DNA of 64,000 nt from Planctomycetota bacterium (lineage in GTDB: Bacteria; Planctomycetota; PLA2; JAEUHO01): assembly GCA_965223505.1 (NCBI GenBank), contig CBDCWP010000002.1, forward strand, positions 1 through 64,000. The letters run 5' to 3'. Positions 52,096-60,481 of the stretch are shown here, one piece after another (within the stretch, counting starts at the first letter, position 1; each line of letters starts with the position of its first letter). Under the pieces are notes generated by a model. That model made no database searches. It had not been told where the DNA came from and saw only the letters and a list, made by a program, of their open reading frames with translations. The translations under genes were made by a program, and so were the position numbers.

Positions 52096-54363
52096 CTACG
52101 CCGCCGCCGAGTCGAGCGCCTCCTGCGCCGTCCGTTTCACGGCGCGCAAGTCGAGCTTTCCGGTCCCGAGCAACGGGAACGCGTCGACGTGGACGAACGC
52201 GTCCGCGCGCGGGACGTACAAGTTCGACAAGCCCTGCTCCTTGAGGGACGCGAGCAGGTCCGGCACCTCGTCCTCGTCGACGACCGTGAGCACGGCCAGT
52301 CGCTCGCCCTTGCGCTCGTCGGGGATCCCGGTGACGACGAACATCCGCTCGTCCGTATTGCCGTACGCGACGTGCAGCGCGTCCTCGACGGCTCCGTGCG
52401 GGATCATCTCGCCGCCGATCTTCGAGAACCGCGAGAGCCGGTCGGTGATCTTGATGAAGCCGTCTTCGTCCATCTCGGCGATGTCGCCGGTGACGTACCA
52501 TCCGTCTCGCATCACCTCCTCGGTGAGGTCGGGCCGGTCGAGATAGCCCTTCATCACGTTGGGCCCGCGGACCAGGAGCATGCCCGGCTCGTACGCGTCC
52601 ACGTCGTCGCCCGTCTCCGGATCGACGAGGCGAACGGCGACGCCGGGCAGCGGGACGCCGACGAAACCGCGACGCGACCCCGCTTGGAAGAACCCCGGCG
52701 CGCGAAACGACGGAATGCTCGTGGCCACGACCGGTGAGCACTCCGTCGTGCCGTACCCCTCGAGCGGCCGGATTCCGAAGCGCTCCTCGAATCCCACGGC
52801 GACGCGCTCGGGCATGCGCTCCGCGCCGGCGAGCACGACTTTGAGCGAGCCGAACTGACCGGGCGCCACGCGTCGCTGGTAGAGCTGCAAGAAGGTCGGC
52901 GTACCGAGCAGAAACGTGATCGCGTAGTCGTGCACCAACTTGCCGACCATCTCCGGATCGAGGGGGTTGGCGTGGAAGATGATCGGCATGCCGTTGTTGA
53001 GCGAGAGCCACATCGACATGAAGCCGAACGAGTGGAAGCACGGCAGCACGCCGAGCAGGCGGTCCTCCTGGTGAATCGGGAACACCTGTGAGACGGCCTC
53101 GATGTTGCTGTCGAGGTTGAAGTGACTGAGCACGATTCCTTTGGGCTCGCTCGTGCTACCGCTGCTGAAGATGATGGTGGCCTCGTCGTCCATCGCGATC
53201 GACCGTTCGGCGCCGCAGAAACGCTCGATTGATCGCTTCGGCGCAAACAGCGCGCGCAGCGCCGCCCCCATGCGCCGTCCCCGGCCGATACGGCCGACGA
53301 CGTCTTCGAGCTCGATGACCTCGAGGCCTTCGGGCAGCTCGACGGGCAGGGCCTCGCGAAACGCGCGGCTCGTGAGCACCGACCGCAGCCCCGCTTGGTG
53401 GACGGCGGAGGCCATGACCGCGGGACCGCCGGTGTAGTTCAGGTTCACGCTCGAGCGACCGGACAACGACACGGCGAGATTGGCCACGGCGCAGCCGACG
53501 CTCGGCGGCAACAGAATGCCGATTCGCTGCTGCTCCCGCCACGACGATCGCAGGTTGCGCGCCAGCGCGATCGCAGACGCCAGCGCCTTCAGCCGCGATA
53601 CGCGAGGTCGCGTGGGATCGGCGCACGCAAGCCGCCAAGGCCGGTGCCGCGCTGCGCGAATGAACGAGCGGTGCAGCGGTTCGCGATCCTGCTTGCGCTC
53701 GTACCACGCGTCCTGCGCGAGCTGACGAACGGCCTGCCGAATCTCGAGCGCCGGTGTCTCCGTCGGCAGCGGCTCACCAAACGAGACCGTGACGGGATAC
53801 GGGATGCCGCGCGGGACCTTCTTGAGGAATCGGCCGCCCGCGAAGCTGAAGATGCTCCCCCACACCCGGTCGAGGTGAACGGGGACGACGCTCACGTTCC
53901 TGCCGCGCACGATGCGCTGGAATCCGCGACGGAACGGAAGCATCTGACCGGTGCGGGAGATCTCTCCTTCGGGGAAGATGCAGACGACCTCGCCGGCGTC
54001 GAGGCGCTCGCCCGCCGCGCGCAGGGATCGCAGAATGGCGCGCGTACCGCCCCTCGAGGAGATCGGGATCATCCCGAGGATCTTGAAGAAGGGCTTCAGG
54101 TACCACCGGTCGTACTGACCCTGGTCGATGATGAAGCGAACCGGCCGCTTGATCGATGCGATCAGGAACAGTCCGTCCACGAACGACATGTGGTTCGGCG
54201 TCAGCAGAACGCCGCCCTCGGACGGCACGTGCTCGCGCCCGACGACGCGCATCCGATAGAAGAGGAACACGCATGCGACGACGAATCCGCGCAGCAGGAC
54301 TCGCAGGGCGCGCCGGATGACGCCTTCCTCGAAGGATGCGGGCCGGGGCCGGTCGGTGCTCAC
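52096..54363 (-). CDS. aas: Aas-like acyltransferase + acyl-ACP synthetase (AMP-binding)
   Basis: PlsC motifs NHMSFVD and FPEG. AMP-binding motifs FSSGSTSEPKG, EGYGTTE, TGD and DRLSRFSKIGGE. Confidence 0.88.
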   Translation of the reverse strand: MSTDRPRPASFEEGVIRRALRVLLRGFVVACVFLFYRMRVVGREHVPSEGGVLLTPNHMSFVDGLFLIASIKRPVRFIIDQGQYDRWYLKPFFKILGMIPISSRGGTRAILRSLRAAGERLDAGEVVCIFPEGEISRTGQMLPFRRGFQRIVRGRNVSVVPVHLDRVWGSIFSFAGGRFLKKVPRGIPYPVTVSFGEPLPTETPALEIRQAVRQLAQDAWYERKQDREPLHRSFIRAARHRPWRLACADPTRPRVSRLKALASAIALARNLRSSWREQQRIGILLPPSVGCAVANLAVSLSGRSSVNLNYTGGPAVMASAVHQAGLRSVLTSRAFREALPVELPEGLEVIELEDVVGRIGRGRRMGAALRALFAPKRSIERFCGAERSIAMDDEATIIFSSGSTSEPKGIVLSHFNLDSNIEAVSQVFPIHQEDRLLGVLPCFHSFGFMSMWLSLNNGMPIIFHANPLDPEMVGKLVHDYAITFLLGTPTFLQLYQRRVAPGQFGSLKVVLAGAERMPERVAVGFEERFGIRPLEGYGTTECSPVVATSIPSFRAPGFFQAGSRRGFVGVPLPGVAVRLVDPETGDDVDAYEPGMLLVRGPNVMKGYLDRPDLTEEVMRDGWYVTGDIAEMDEDGFIKITDRLSRFSKIGGEMIPHGAVEDALHVAYGNTDERMFVVTGIPDERKGERLAVLTVVDEDEVPDLLASLKEQGLSNLYVPRADAFVHVDAFPLLGTGKLDLRAVKRTAQEALDSAAA

Positions 54364-54492
54364 CCATTCAGCATGGCAAAGAACGGGTGGCGTCGCTCGG
54401 AAAACGTGCGAACCCGATCGATTATCCTGGCTTATCGAAGCGCGGGGGTGGTTTCGGGCCCGAGGCGCGCGGGGCGTTCGTCATCGGGCGAC

Positions 54493-54579
54493 GTAGGGGC
54501 AGCCCTTGTGGCTGCCCAACCGTGCATGTATCCGGACCTGATCGACAAGCGGTTGGGCGACCACGAGGGTCGCCCCTAC
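54493..54579. repeat. GTAG-type REP doublet (REPIN-like), copy C, inverted relative to A and B
   Basis: gtaggggcagcccttgtggctgccc...gggcgaccacgagggtcgcccctac. The reverse complement closely matches copies A and B. Confidence 0.88.
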
Positions 54580-55766
54580 AAAACCTCGATCAGCTCGATG
54601 AAGAAGACCAACGTCGCATTCGGCGGAATCGTCGGCGGCGCGCCGCGCTCGCCATACGCAAGCTTGCCCGGAATCGTGAAGCGGGCACAGCCGCCCTCCT
54701 TCATCAGCTGCACACCCTCGGTCCAGCCCGGAATCACCTGCGACAACCGGAACTCGATCGTCTCACCGCGACCGTGCGACGAGTCGAACAACGTGCCGTC
54801 GGTGAGCCAGCCCGTGTAGTGCACCTTGACCTTGCTCGCCTTCTTCGGGCTCTTGCCGGCGCCCTCGCGGATGGTCTCGTACTTGAGACCGCTCTCCGTC
54901 GTCTTCACCTTGTCGTCCGGACTCATCTCGAACTTCGGAATCTCGTGAACGTTCTCCAAGGTCAGCTCCCAAATGGTGGTCGAGTTCGCAGGCAGCACCC
55001 GGCCGATGTTCTTGTCGCCCCAACACAGGGCCGGCGGCACCTCGAACAGGTAGCGTCCGCCCGGCTGCATCAGTTGCACCGCCTCTTTCAGGAACGGCGG
55101 TTTCGTCGGACCCAGCGACATGCCCGGCAGCACCGCGACGGCGCCCTTCATCTTCGTGCCCGCCTGGGCGCTCGAGATGAGCAGGTTGCCGAACTTGTTC
55201 CAGAGGACGAAGTTCATCGTGACACCTTGATCGGCGCGCACGGTGTCGCCCTTGCCGGCCTCGAGCACCTCGTACTTCAGGCCCGACTTGGTCACCGTCT
55301 GCTTCTCGGGGTCCGGCTTCGTGAACTTCGGGACGCGCTTCACGCTCAAGAGCTCGACCTCGAAGATCAGGTTCGCCTTGCCCGGGATCTTCGGCGGCCG
55401 CCCGCGCTCGCCGTAGGCCAACCGCCACGGGATCCACAGTCGAACCTTGCTGCCCACGGTCATGAGCGCGACGCCTTCGTCCCAGCCCTTGATGACCTGG
55501 CCCCGGCCCAGCGTGAACGAGAACGGCTGACCGCGGTCCACCGAGGAGTCGAACTTGGTGCCGTTCTCCAGCGTGCCGGTGTAGTGCACCTCGACCTTGT
55601 CGTCCTGTTTCGGCTCGGTGCCGGGCTCACCCGCCTTCAGAACGGTGATCTTCAGTCCGGACGCGGTGGTGGTCTCTTCGGCGCGTACGGGGACCGCGAC
55701 GGCGAGGACGACCGCAACGACGAGCAATCCGGCGGCCCAGGAGAGTTGGAAACGGGGTCGAGGCAT
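54576..55766 (-). CDS. Exported FKBP-type peptidyl-prolyl isomerase with three FKBP domains
   Basis: Domains 1 and 3 carry VHYTG..FDSS..VI.GW.EG..AYG.RG..IP.NA.L.F.(V/I)EL. The middle domain is degenerate. Signal-peptide-like N-terminus. Confidence 0.92.
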   Translation of the reverse strand: MPRPRFQLSWAAGLLVVAVVLAVAVPVRAEETTTASGLKITVLKAGEPGTEPKQDDKVEVHYTGTLENGTKFDSSVDRGQPFSFTLGRGQVIKGWDEGVALMTVGSKVRLWIPWRLAYGERGRPPKIPGKANLIFEVELLSVKRVPKFTKPDPEKQTVTKSGLKYEVLEAGKGDTVRADQGVTMNFVLWNKFGNLLISSAQAGTKMKGAVAVLPGMSLGPTKPPFLKEAVQLMQPGGRYLFEVPPALCWGDKNIGRVLPANSTTIWELTLENVHEIPKFEMSPDDKVKTTESGLKYETIREGAGKSPKKASKVKVHYTGWLTDGTLFDSSHGRGETIEFRLSQVIPGWTEGVQLMKEGGCARFTIPGKLAYGERGAPPTIPPNATLVFFIELIEVL

Positions 55767-55887
55767 CACGTGTGGCTACTCCGGTGTGAGGTGCCACAGG
55801 ATACGTGCGGATGCAGCGGGAACGCCGGATTCCGGCGGAGTCAGGCCGCGCCGGCATCTCGGGAGAACCAGGACTTCAGCGTCTTCA

Positions 55888-56481
55888 TCAGCCCCCTTTC
55901 TTCGCCGGTTCGTCGTCCAGATCGATCGCGGGCGCCTTCGGCGCCGACGGCGCGACGACGGTCACGACCGCGCTTTCGTGCTTCAACGCGGGCACACCGG
56001 ACGGAGGCACGTTTTCTTCCGTCATCTGCGCCTCGTTCGGGTCCGCGCCGAGCGCGTCTGCCGGAATCGGGCCCTTCTTTCGGCTGCGGTACGGTCCGGC
56101 CTGGGCCAGCAGCTCTTCGCGTCGCTCGAGGGCGCGCGTGACGCCGCGATCGACGTCGTCGGGATCGCTCGGCTTGTAGAGATAGTCGAATGCGCCGGCG
56201 AAGATGGCGGCGCGCACACCTTCCTGATCGTCGATCGAGCTGAGGATCACGAACGGAATGCACGTCTCGATGCACGGCAGTGCCCGCTTCAGGAGCTGGA
56301 AGCCGTCCATCTTCGGCATCATCACGTACGAGATGATGAGGTCGTACTCCCGTTCTTGCAGACGCTCGAGCGCGTCGAAACCGCTGACGGCCTGCGTGCA
56401 TCGGTGGCCGAGACTCTCGAGATGACCCGTGAGCGGATCGCGGATCGACTCTTCGTCGTCGACGACAAGAATGTGTGCCAT
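55888..56481 (-). CDS. Response regulator receiver protein with a low-complexity tail
   Basis: HILVVDDE, MMPKMDG and GAFDYLYKP motifs. The expected phosphoacceptor position reads DLIISY rather than DLIISD. Confidence 0.85.
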   Translation of the reverse strand: MAHILVVDDEESIRDPLTGHLESLGHRCTQAVSGFDALERLQEREYDLIISYVMMPKMDGFQLLKRALPCIETCIPFVILSSIDDQEGVRAAIFAGAFDYLYKPSDPDDVDRGVTRALERREELLAQAGPYRSRKKGPIPADALGADPNEAQMTEENVPPSGVPALKHESAVVTVVAPSAPKAPAIDLDDEPAKKGG

Positions 56482-56603
56482 TGGGCGATGTACCCGGGAC
56501 GGTAGGTCGGCAGCGGTGACGCAGCCCCTATCGGTCGATCCCGAAGCGTGGCCCACGCCTCGACGTCGGTCCTGAACAAAGCCTTCACGGGTATGGTGGC
56601 GCC

Positions 56604-57494
56604 ATGCATCCCGTTCGGGCCGGTTTCCAGACGATGCTGAGCGAAGGCCCCGTCCTGCTGTCGGGCGCGGTGGGTACCGAGCTGCTTCGCCGAGGGGTGC
56701 CCACACCGCTGCCTCTGTGGTCCGCCGCCGCGCTCGAGAACGGGGACGAGCTGCGCAGGATCCACCGCGACTACGTGCGCGCCGGCGCCCGGATCGTCAC
56801 CGCCAACACGTTTCGCGCGGACCGGGTCACGCTCGCCAAGGCCGGCATGGCCGAACGCACGCGCGAGCTCAACAAGCGCGCGGTCACGCTCGCGCGCGAG
56901 GGCGTCGCAAAGGCCCGCCCCGGCCGGCCCGTCCTGGTCGGTGGATCGATCGCCCCCGTCGCCGACTGCTACGCGCCCGAAGATGTGCCCGACGACCGCA
57001 CCCTCGTCGTCGAGCACGGCGTGAAGGTCGGCCACCTGGTCGCCGCCGGCGCCGCGCTCGCCGTGGTCGAGACGATGAACACGATCCGGGAGGCCGTCGC
57101 CGCGCTGGGGGCCGCGAACGCGGGCAATCTGCCGGCGCTCGTCGCGTTCGTGTGCGGCAGCGACGCCACGCTCCTTTCCGGCGAGCCCGTTGCCGAGGCC
57201 GTCGCCGCCGTCGAGCCGCTCCAGCCGCTGGCGGTGCTCGTGAACTGCTGCGGCGTCGAGGACGCGACCGATGCGTTGGCGAAGCTCCTGGCCACGACCA
57301 GCCTCCCGGCGGGCGTCTACGCCAACGGCCGCGGGCGACCCGACGACGCGCTGGGTTGGGCCTTCGCCGGCGGCACGTCGCGGCGCGGATACACCCGATG
57401 GGCCAAGCAATGGCTCGCGATGGGCGCGCGTCTGATCGGCGGGTGCTGCGGCACCGATCCGCGATACATCAAGGCGGTCGCGAAGCTGCTATGA
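56604..57494 (+). CDS. Homocysteine S-methyltransferase family protein
   Basis: GAVGTEL, LWSA, IHRDYVRAGA..TANTF, NC and IGGCCG Zn-binding motifs. Confidence 0.9.
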   Translation: MHPVRAGFQTMLSEGPVLLSGAVGTELLRRGVPTPLPLWSAAALENGDELRRIHRDYVRAGARIVTANTFRADRVTLAKAGMAERTRELNKRAVTLAREGVAKARPGRPVLVGGSIAPVADCYAPEDVPDDRTLVVEHGVKVGHLVAAGAALAVVETMNTIREAVAALGAANAGNLPALVAFVCGSDATLLSGEPVAEAVAAVEPLQPLAVLVNCCGVEDATDALAKLLATTSLPAGVYANGRGRPDDALGWAFAGGTSRRGYTRWAKQWLAMGARLIGGCCGTDPRYIKAVAKLL

Positions 57495-58511
57495 GCCGCC
57501 GCCGAGCCGCCACGCGGCCGTGCGCCACATGCCGAAGGACAAGCCGATCTCCGTGAACGTCAGGAAGCGGTACGCAAAGAGGCGCCGCGTGCTTCGAAGC
57601 TGCGGTCGAAGCCCGCGCCGCAACGTGCCGTAGAAGCCCTGGCGATGCATGCGCCGGAGCGTCTTGCCGTAGTCGACCATCACGTCGCGCCACAGCATGC
57701 GTCCCGCCACGGTGACCGTCGCGCCCGCCCCGGCCAGCGTGCCCCACACCAAGGCGCCCGCCTTGCGCACCGAGCCGACGGCGACACCCGAAGCGACCTC
57801 GAGCAAGGGACGTCGCGCCTCGTGTGCTACCTCCATCAGATCGTTCGCCAGACCGTCGATGTTGGCGGTCTTCTGCCACGCCGTCGTCCCGACCTCTTCG
57901 ATCTCCTTGCGTACGGAGCCGACCGACTTCTTCATGTCTTCGAGGGACAAAGGCGGCGTGTCGATCGTCTCGGCCATCCGGTTCGTCAGTCGGCTCAGGC
58001 CGCCCAGCACGTCGTCGACCGAGTCCAGCCGAGACCCTTCCGCCATCACGCCGGCGTCCTTGAGCTCCCTTCCGAGCTCCTTCGTGAACGCGGCTGCGCC
58101 CTTGCTGACGTCGGTGGCCGCCAGCAGGATCCAGACCGGAGACGCGTGCAGCCCGAGGATGAGCAGGTTGTCCACGGCGCCGCCGATGACCATGCGCTTC
58201 TTGTCCGTGACCACACCGTCGTCCTTCTCAGCGGGGAAGAGCCCCGCCTGCGCGATCTCGTCCGTGAGCATCTTGAGGTGGCGCTGCACGGAGAGCTTGT
58301 AGAAGCGGCCTTCACGAATCGGACGCGGCAGCACGCGCGACAACAGGATGAGCGCATGCGCCACGAGGCCGAGCAACCACCGCAGGATGCGCTCAGGAAT
58401 CGAGATCAGATAGGCGAGCAGGTGATGCGGCCAACGCGGCCGGCGCATCCAGCGCGGTTGCCAGGGTTCGGGCGGTTCCGCCGCCCTCGTCTGCACGGGC
58501 ACCTCGGTCAT
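57489..58511 (-). CDS. Hypothetical membrane-associated helical protein
   Basis: Long ORF with natural amino-acid composition, SPVWILLAATD motif and hydrophobic segments. Last gene of a minus-strand operon. Confidence 0.6.
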   Translation of the reverse strand: MTEVPVQTRAAEPPEPWQPRWMRRPRWPHHLLAYLISIPERILRWLLGLVAHALILLSRVLPRPIREGRFYKLSVQRHLKMLTDEIAQAGLFPAEKDDGVVTDKKRMVIGGAVDNLLILGLHASPVWILLAATDVSKGAAAFTKELGRELKDAGVMAEGSRLDSVDDVLGGLSRLTNRMAETIDTPPLSLEDMKKSVGSVRKEIEEVGTTAWQKTANIDGLANDLMEVAHEARRPLLEVASGVAVGSVRKAGALVWGTLAGAGATVTVAGRMLWRDVMVDYGKTLRRMHRQGFYGTLRRGLRPQLRSTRRLFAYRFLTFTEIGLSFGMWRTAAWRLGGGS

Positions 58512-58521
58512 CGACGAAAGC

Positions 58522-59346
58522 CTACTCCGCAGGCGAGGCGGGCTCACGAGTCGAAGCGACGTACATCGCGATCGCCGCCGCGGCGGCGACGTTGAGCGAG
58601 TCGAACGTAGGGTCGATGGGGATGCGTACGCGTCGGTCGGCGAGCGCGAGCGTCTCGTCGGTAAGGCCCTCCCCCTCCGCGCCCAGCAACAGGGCGATCC
58701 GTGTTCCGGCGTCCGCGCCCAGGGCCTCGACCGGCTCGGCGTCGTCCCCCGGCGTCAACGCGACGAGCGTGAACCCCATCTCGCGCAGCCGGCGAAGCTC
58801 GTCGTTCCACGGGGCCCCCATGCTGAACGGCAGCACGAGCGACGCGCCCATCGACGTACGCACGGCCTTGCGGTAGAGCGGGCTGCAGCAACCTTCGCTC
58901 AGGAGCACGCCGCGCGCTCGAAACGCCGCGGCCGATCGAAAGATGGCGCCGACGTTGTCCGGGTTCGAAACCGCCTCGAGGCCGACGACGACCTGCATGC
59001 CCGGCCCGCCGGCCTGCAACATCCGGGTCACCGTCGTCGGCGTTGGCAACTCGGCGGCGGCCAGGCAGCCCTGGTGGAATCGGTAGCCCGCGACGGTCTC
59101 CATCTCGTCGGCATCGACGAGGAAGAACGGAAGGTCGTCGACGCCTTCGATGTCCGCGAACGCGTCCAGCGCGGCTTGTGTCCCGAGCAGCGAACGCGGC
59201 GTGAAGTCCGAGCGCTCGAGCAGGATGCGTACGACCAGGCGACCCTCTGCGACGAAAACGCCGCTCTCTCGGAGCAGCGCCGGGTCGCGCACGAGGCGGT
59301 AGTCGCTCAGCCGCTCGTCGTCGATCGAGACGCGTTCGACGCGCAA
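58522..59346 (-). CDS. TrmH/SpoU family RNA methyltransferase
   Basis: NPDNVGAIFRSAAAF, LLGAEGEGL and DSLNVAAAAAI motifs. Confidence 0.92.
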   Translation of the reverse strand: MRVERVSIDDERLSDYRLVRDPALLRESGVFVAEGRLVVRILLERSDFTPRSLLGTQAALDAFADIEGVDDLPFFLVDADEMETVAGYRFHQGCLAAAELPTPTTVTRMLQAGGPGMQVVVGLEAVSNPDNVGAIFRSAAAFRARGVLLSEGCCSPLYRKAVRTSMGASLVLPFSMGAPWNDELRRLREMGFTLVALTPGDDAEPVEALGADAGTRIALLLGAEGEGLTDETLALADRRVRIPIDPTFDSLNVAAAAAIAMYVASTREPASPAE

Positions 59347-59350
59347 CGCG

Positions 59351-60481
59351 CTACGGGGTTCCCGGCCGGCAGCGCCCCAAGGCGATCAAGATGTAGCCGG
59401 TGCCGTACGCCTTGTGGAAGTTGAACAGCTGGTAGTCCCACCAGGAGCCGTCCTTCTCCTGCATCTTCGTCAGGTGCCCCGCGATCTGCTTGCGATAGGC
59501 ATCGACCTTCTTCTCCGGCACGCGCGGGAACAACCACGTCGCGTAGTAGTAGCCGTAGAAGCAGAAGTAGCCCGAGTTCTGGTACCAGGTCTCGTGCGGG
59601 ATCGGGTACTTGCGGGCGATGCGCAGGAAGTGCCCGTACGTCTCGAGCTCGTCGAGCGCCTGGCAGAACTTCTTCGTCTCGACGTCGTCGTCCCACATGT
59701 CCACCGCGAGCAGGCACGCCGGCGTTCGCGCGAGACTGCCCTTCGTCTTGTTCACACCCATCTGGGGCGCCCAGCGCGTGCGCATGGAATACGAGTACGC
59801 GCCGTCGGGACGGCTGCTGCGGTGGATGACGGGGAGACCGCGCTTCACGAGGCGCTCAGGCACCTCGACACCCTGCGCCTGCGCCATCTTCATCGCGATG
59901 AGGACCGTGGCCGTGGTGAAGCTGGTCGCGCCGGGTCCCGGCGTCTTCGCGCGCACCTGGAAGTCGTAGTACCCCCACCCGCCTTCCACGGTCTCGAACG
60001 TCTCGAGGCGCTGGATTGCCTTGCGGCAGGCCTTGGTCAGCCGCTTGCGTTGCTCGGGGTCTTTCTCGCGCTCGAGCAGGCGGGCGAACGCCTCGAGCGC
60101 ATACGCGTGCGCCCACGTGTTGTAGAGCGTGTTCGGTGAGACCCGGCGCACCGCGTGCTTCTTCAGCAGCCACGCCGTCGCGCGCTCGACCGCGGCGCCG
60201 ACCTCCTTGCCGTCCCCACCGACCTCCACGAGCGCCGACAGGGCCAGCGCGCTCGACGCCACCTGAAACGCCTGCTGCGACCCGGGCGGCGGCGCGTAGA
60301 TGTCGTGCAGGTTGCTCGCCGGCGAACCCCAGGACCCGTTCTCGTTCTGGCTCTTCACGAGGTAGGCCACCCCGCGCTCGATCGAGCGGTCGAGCGCCGA
60401 CGACTTCGACGCCTCGGGCTCCGCGCGCACCGCGGACGCGGCCGTGACGAGCAGGACCAGTGTCAGGAGCCGTGCTCGCAT
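59351..60481 (-). CDS. Exported prenyltransferase/squalene-cyclase-repeat (alpha/alpha barrel) protein
   Basis: QW-like repeats YLVKSQNENGSW, EGGWGY and MQEKDGSW. Signal-peptide-like N-terminus. Confidence 0.78.
   Translation of the reverse strand: MRARLLTLVLLVTAASAVRAEPEASKSSALDRSIERGVAYLVKSQNENGSWGSPASNLHDIYAPPPGSQQAFQVASSALALSALVEVGGDGKEVGAAVERATAWLLKKHAVRRVSPNTLYNTWAHAYALEAFARLLEREKDPEQRKRLTKACRKAIQRLETFETVEGGWGYYDFQVRAKTPGPGATSFTTATVLIAMKMAQAQGVEVPERLVKRGLPVIHRSSRPDGAYSYSMRTRWAPQMGVNKTKGSLARTPACLLAVDMWDDDVETKKFCQALDELETYGHFLRIARKYPIPHETWYQNSGYFCFYGYYYATWLFPRVPEKKVDAYRKQIAGHLTKMQEKDGSWWDYQLFNFHKAYGTGYILIALGRCRPGTP

Noticed and set aside
32825..54579. Palindromic repeats as a CRISPR array
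   Set aside because: The copies are dispersed kilobases apart, have conserved spacers, and no cas genes are present.
59351..60481. Squalene-hopene cyclase / terpene biosynthetic cluster
   Set aside because: Too short, has a signal peptide, lacks DxDD, and no terpene genes are nearby.
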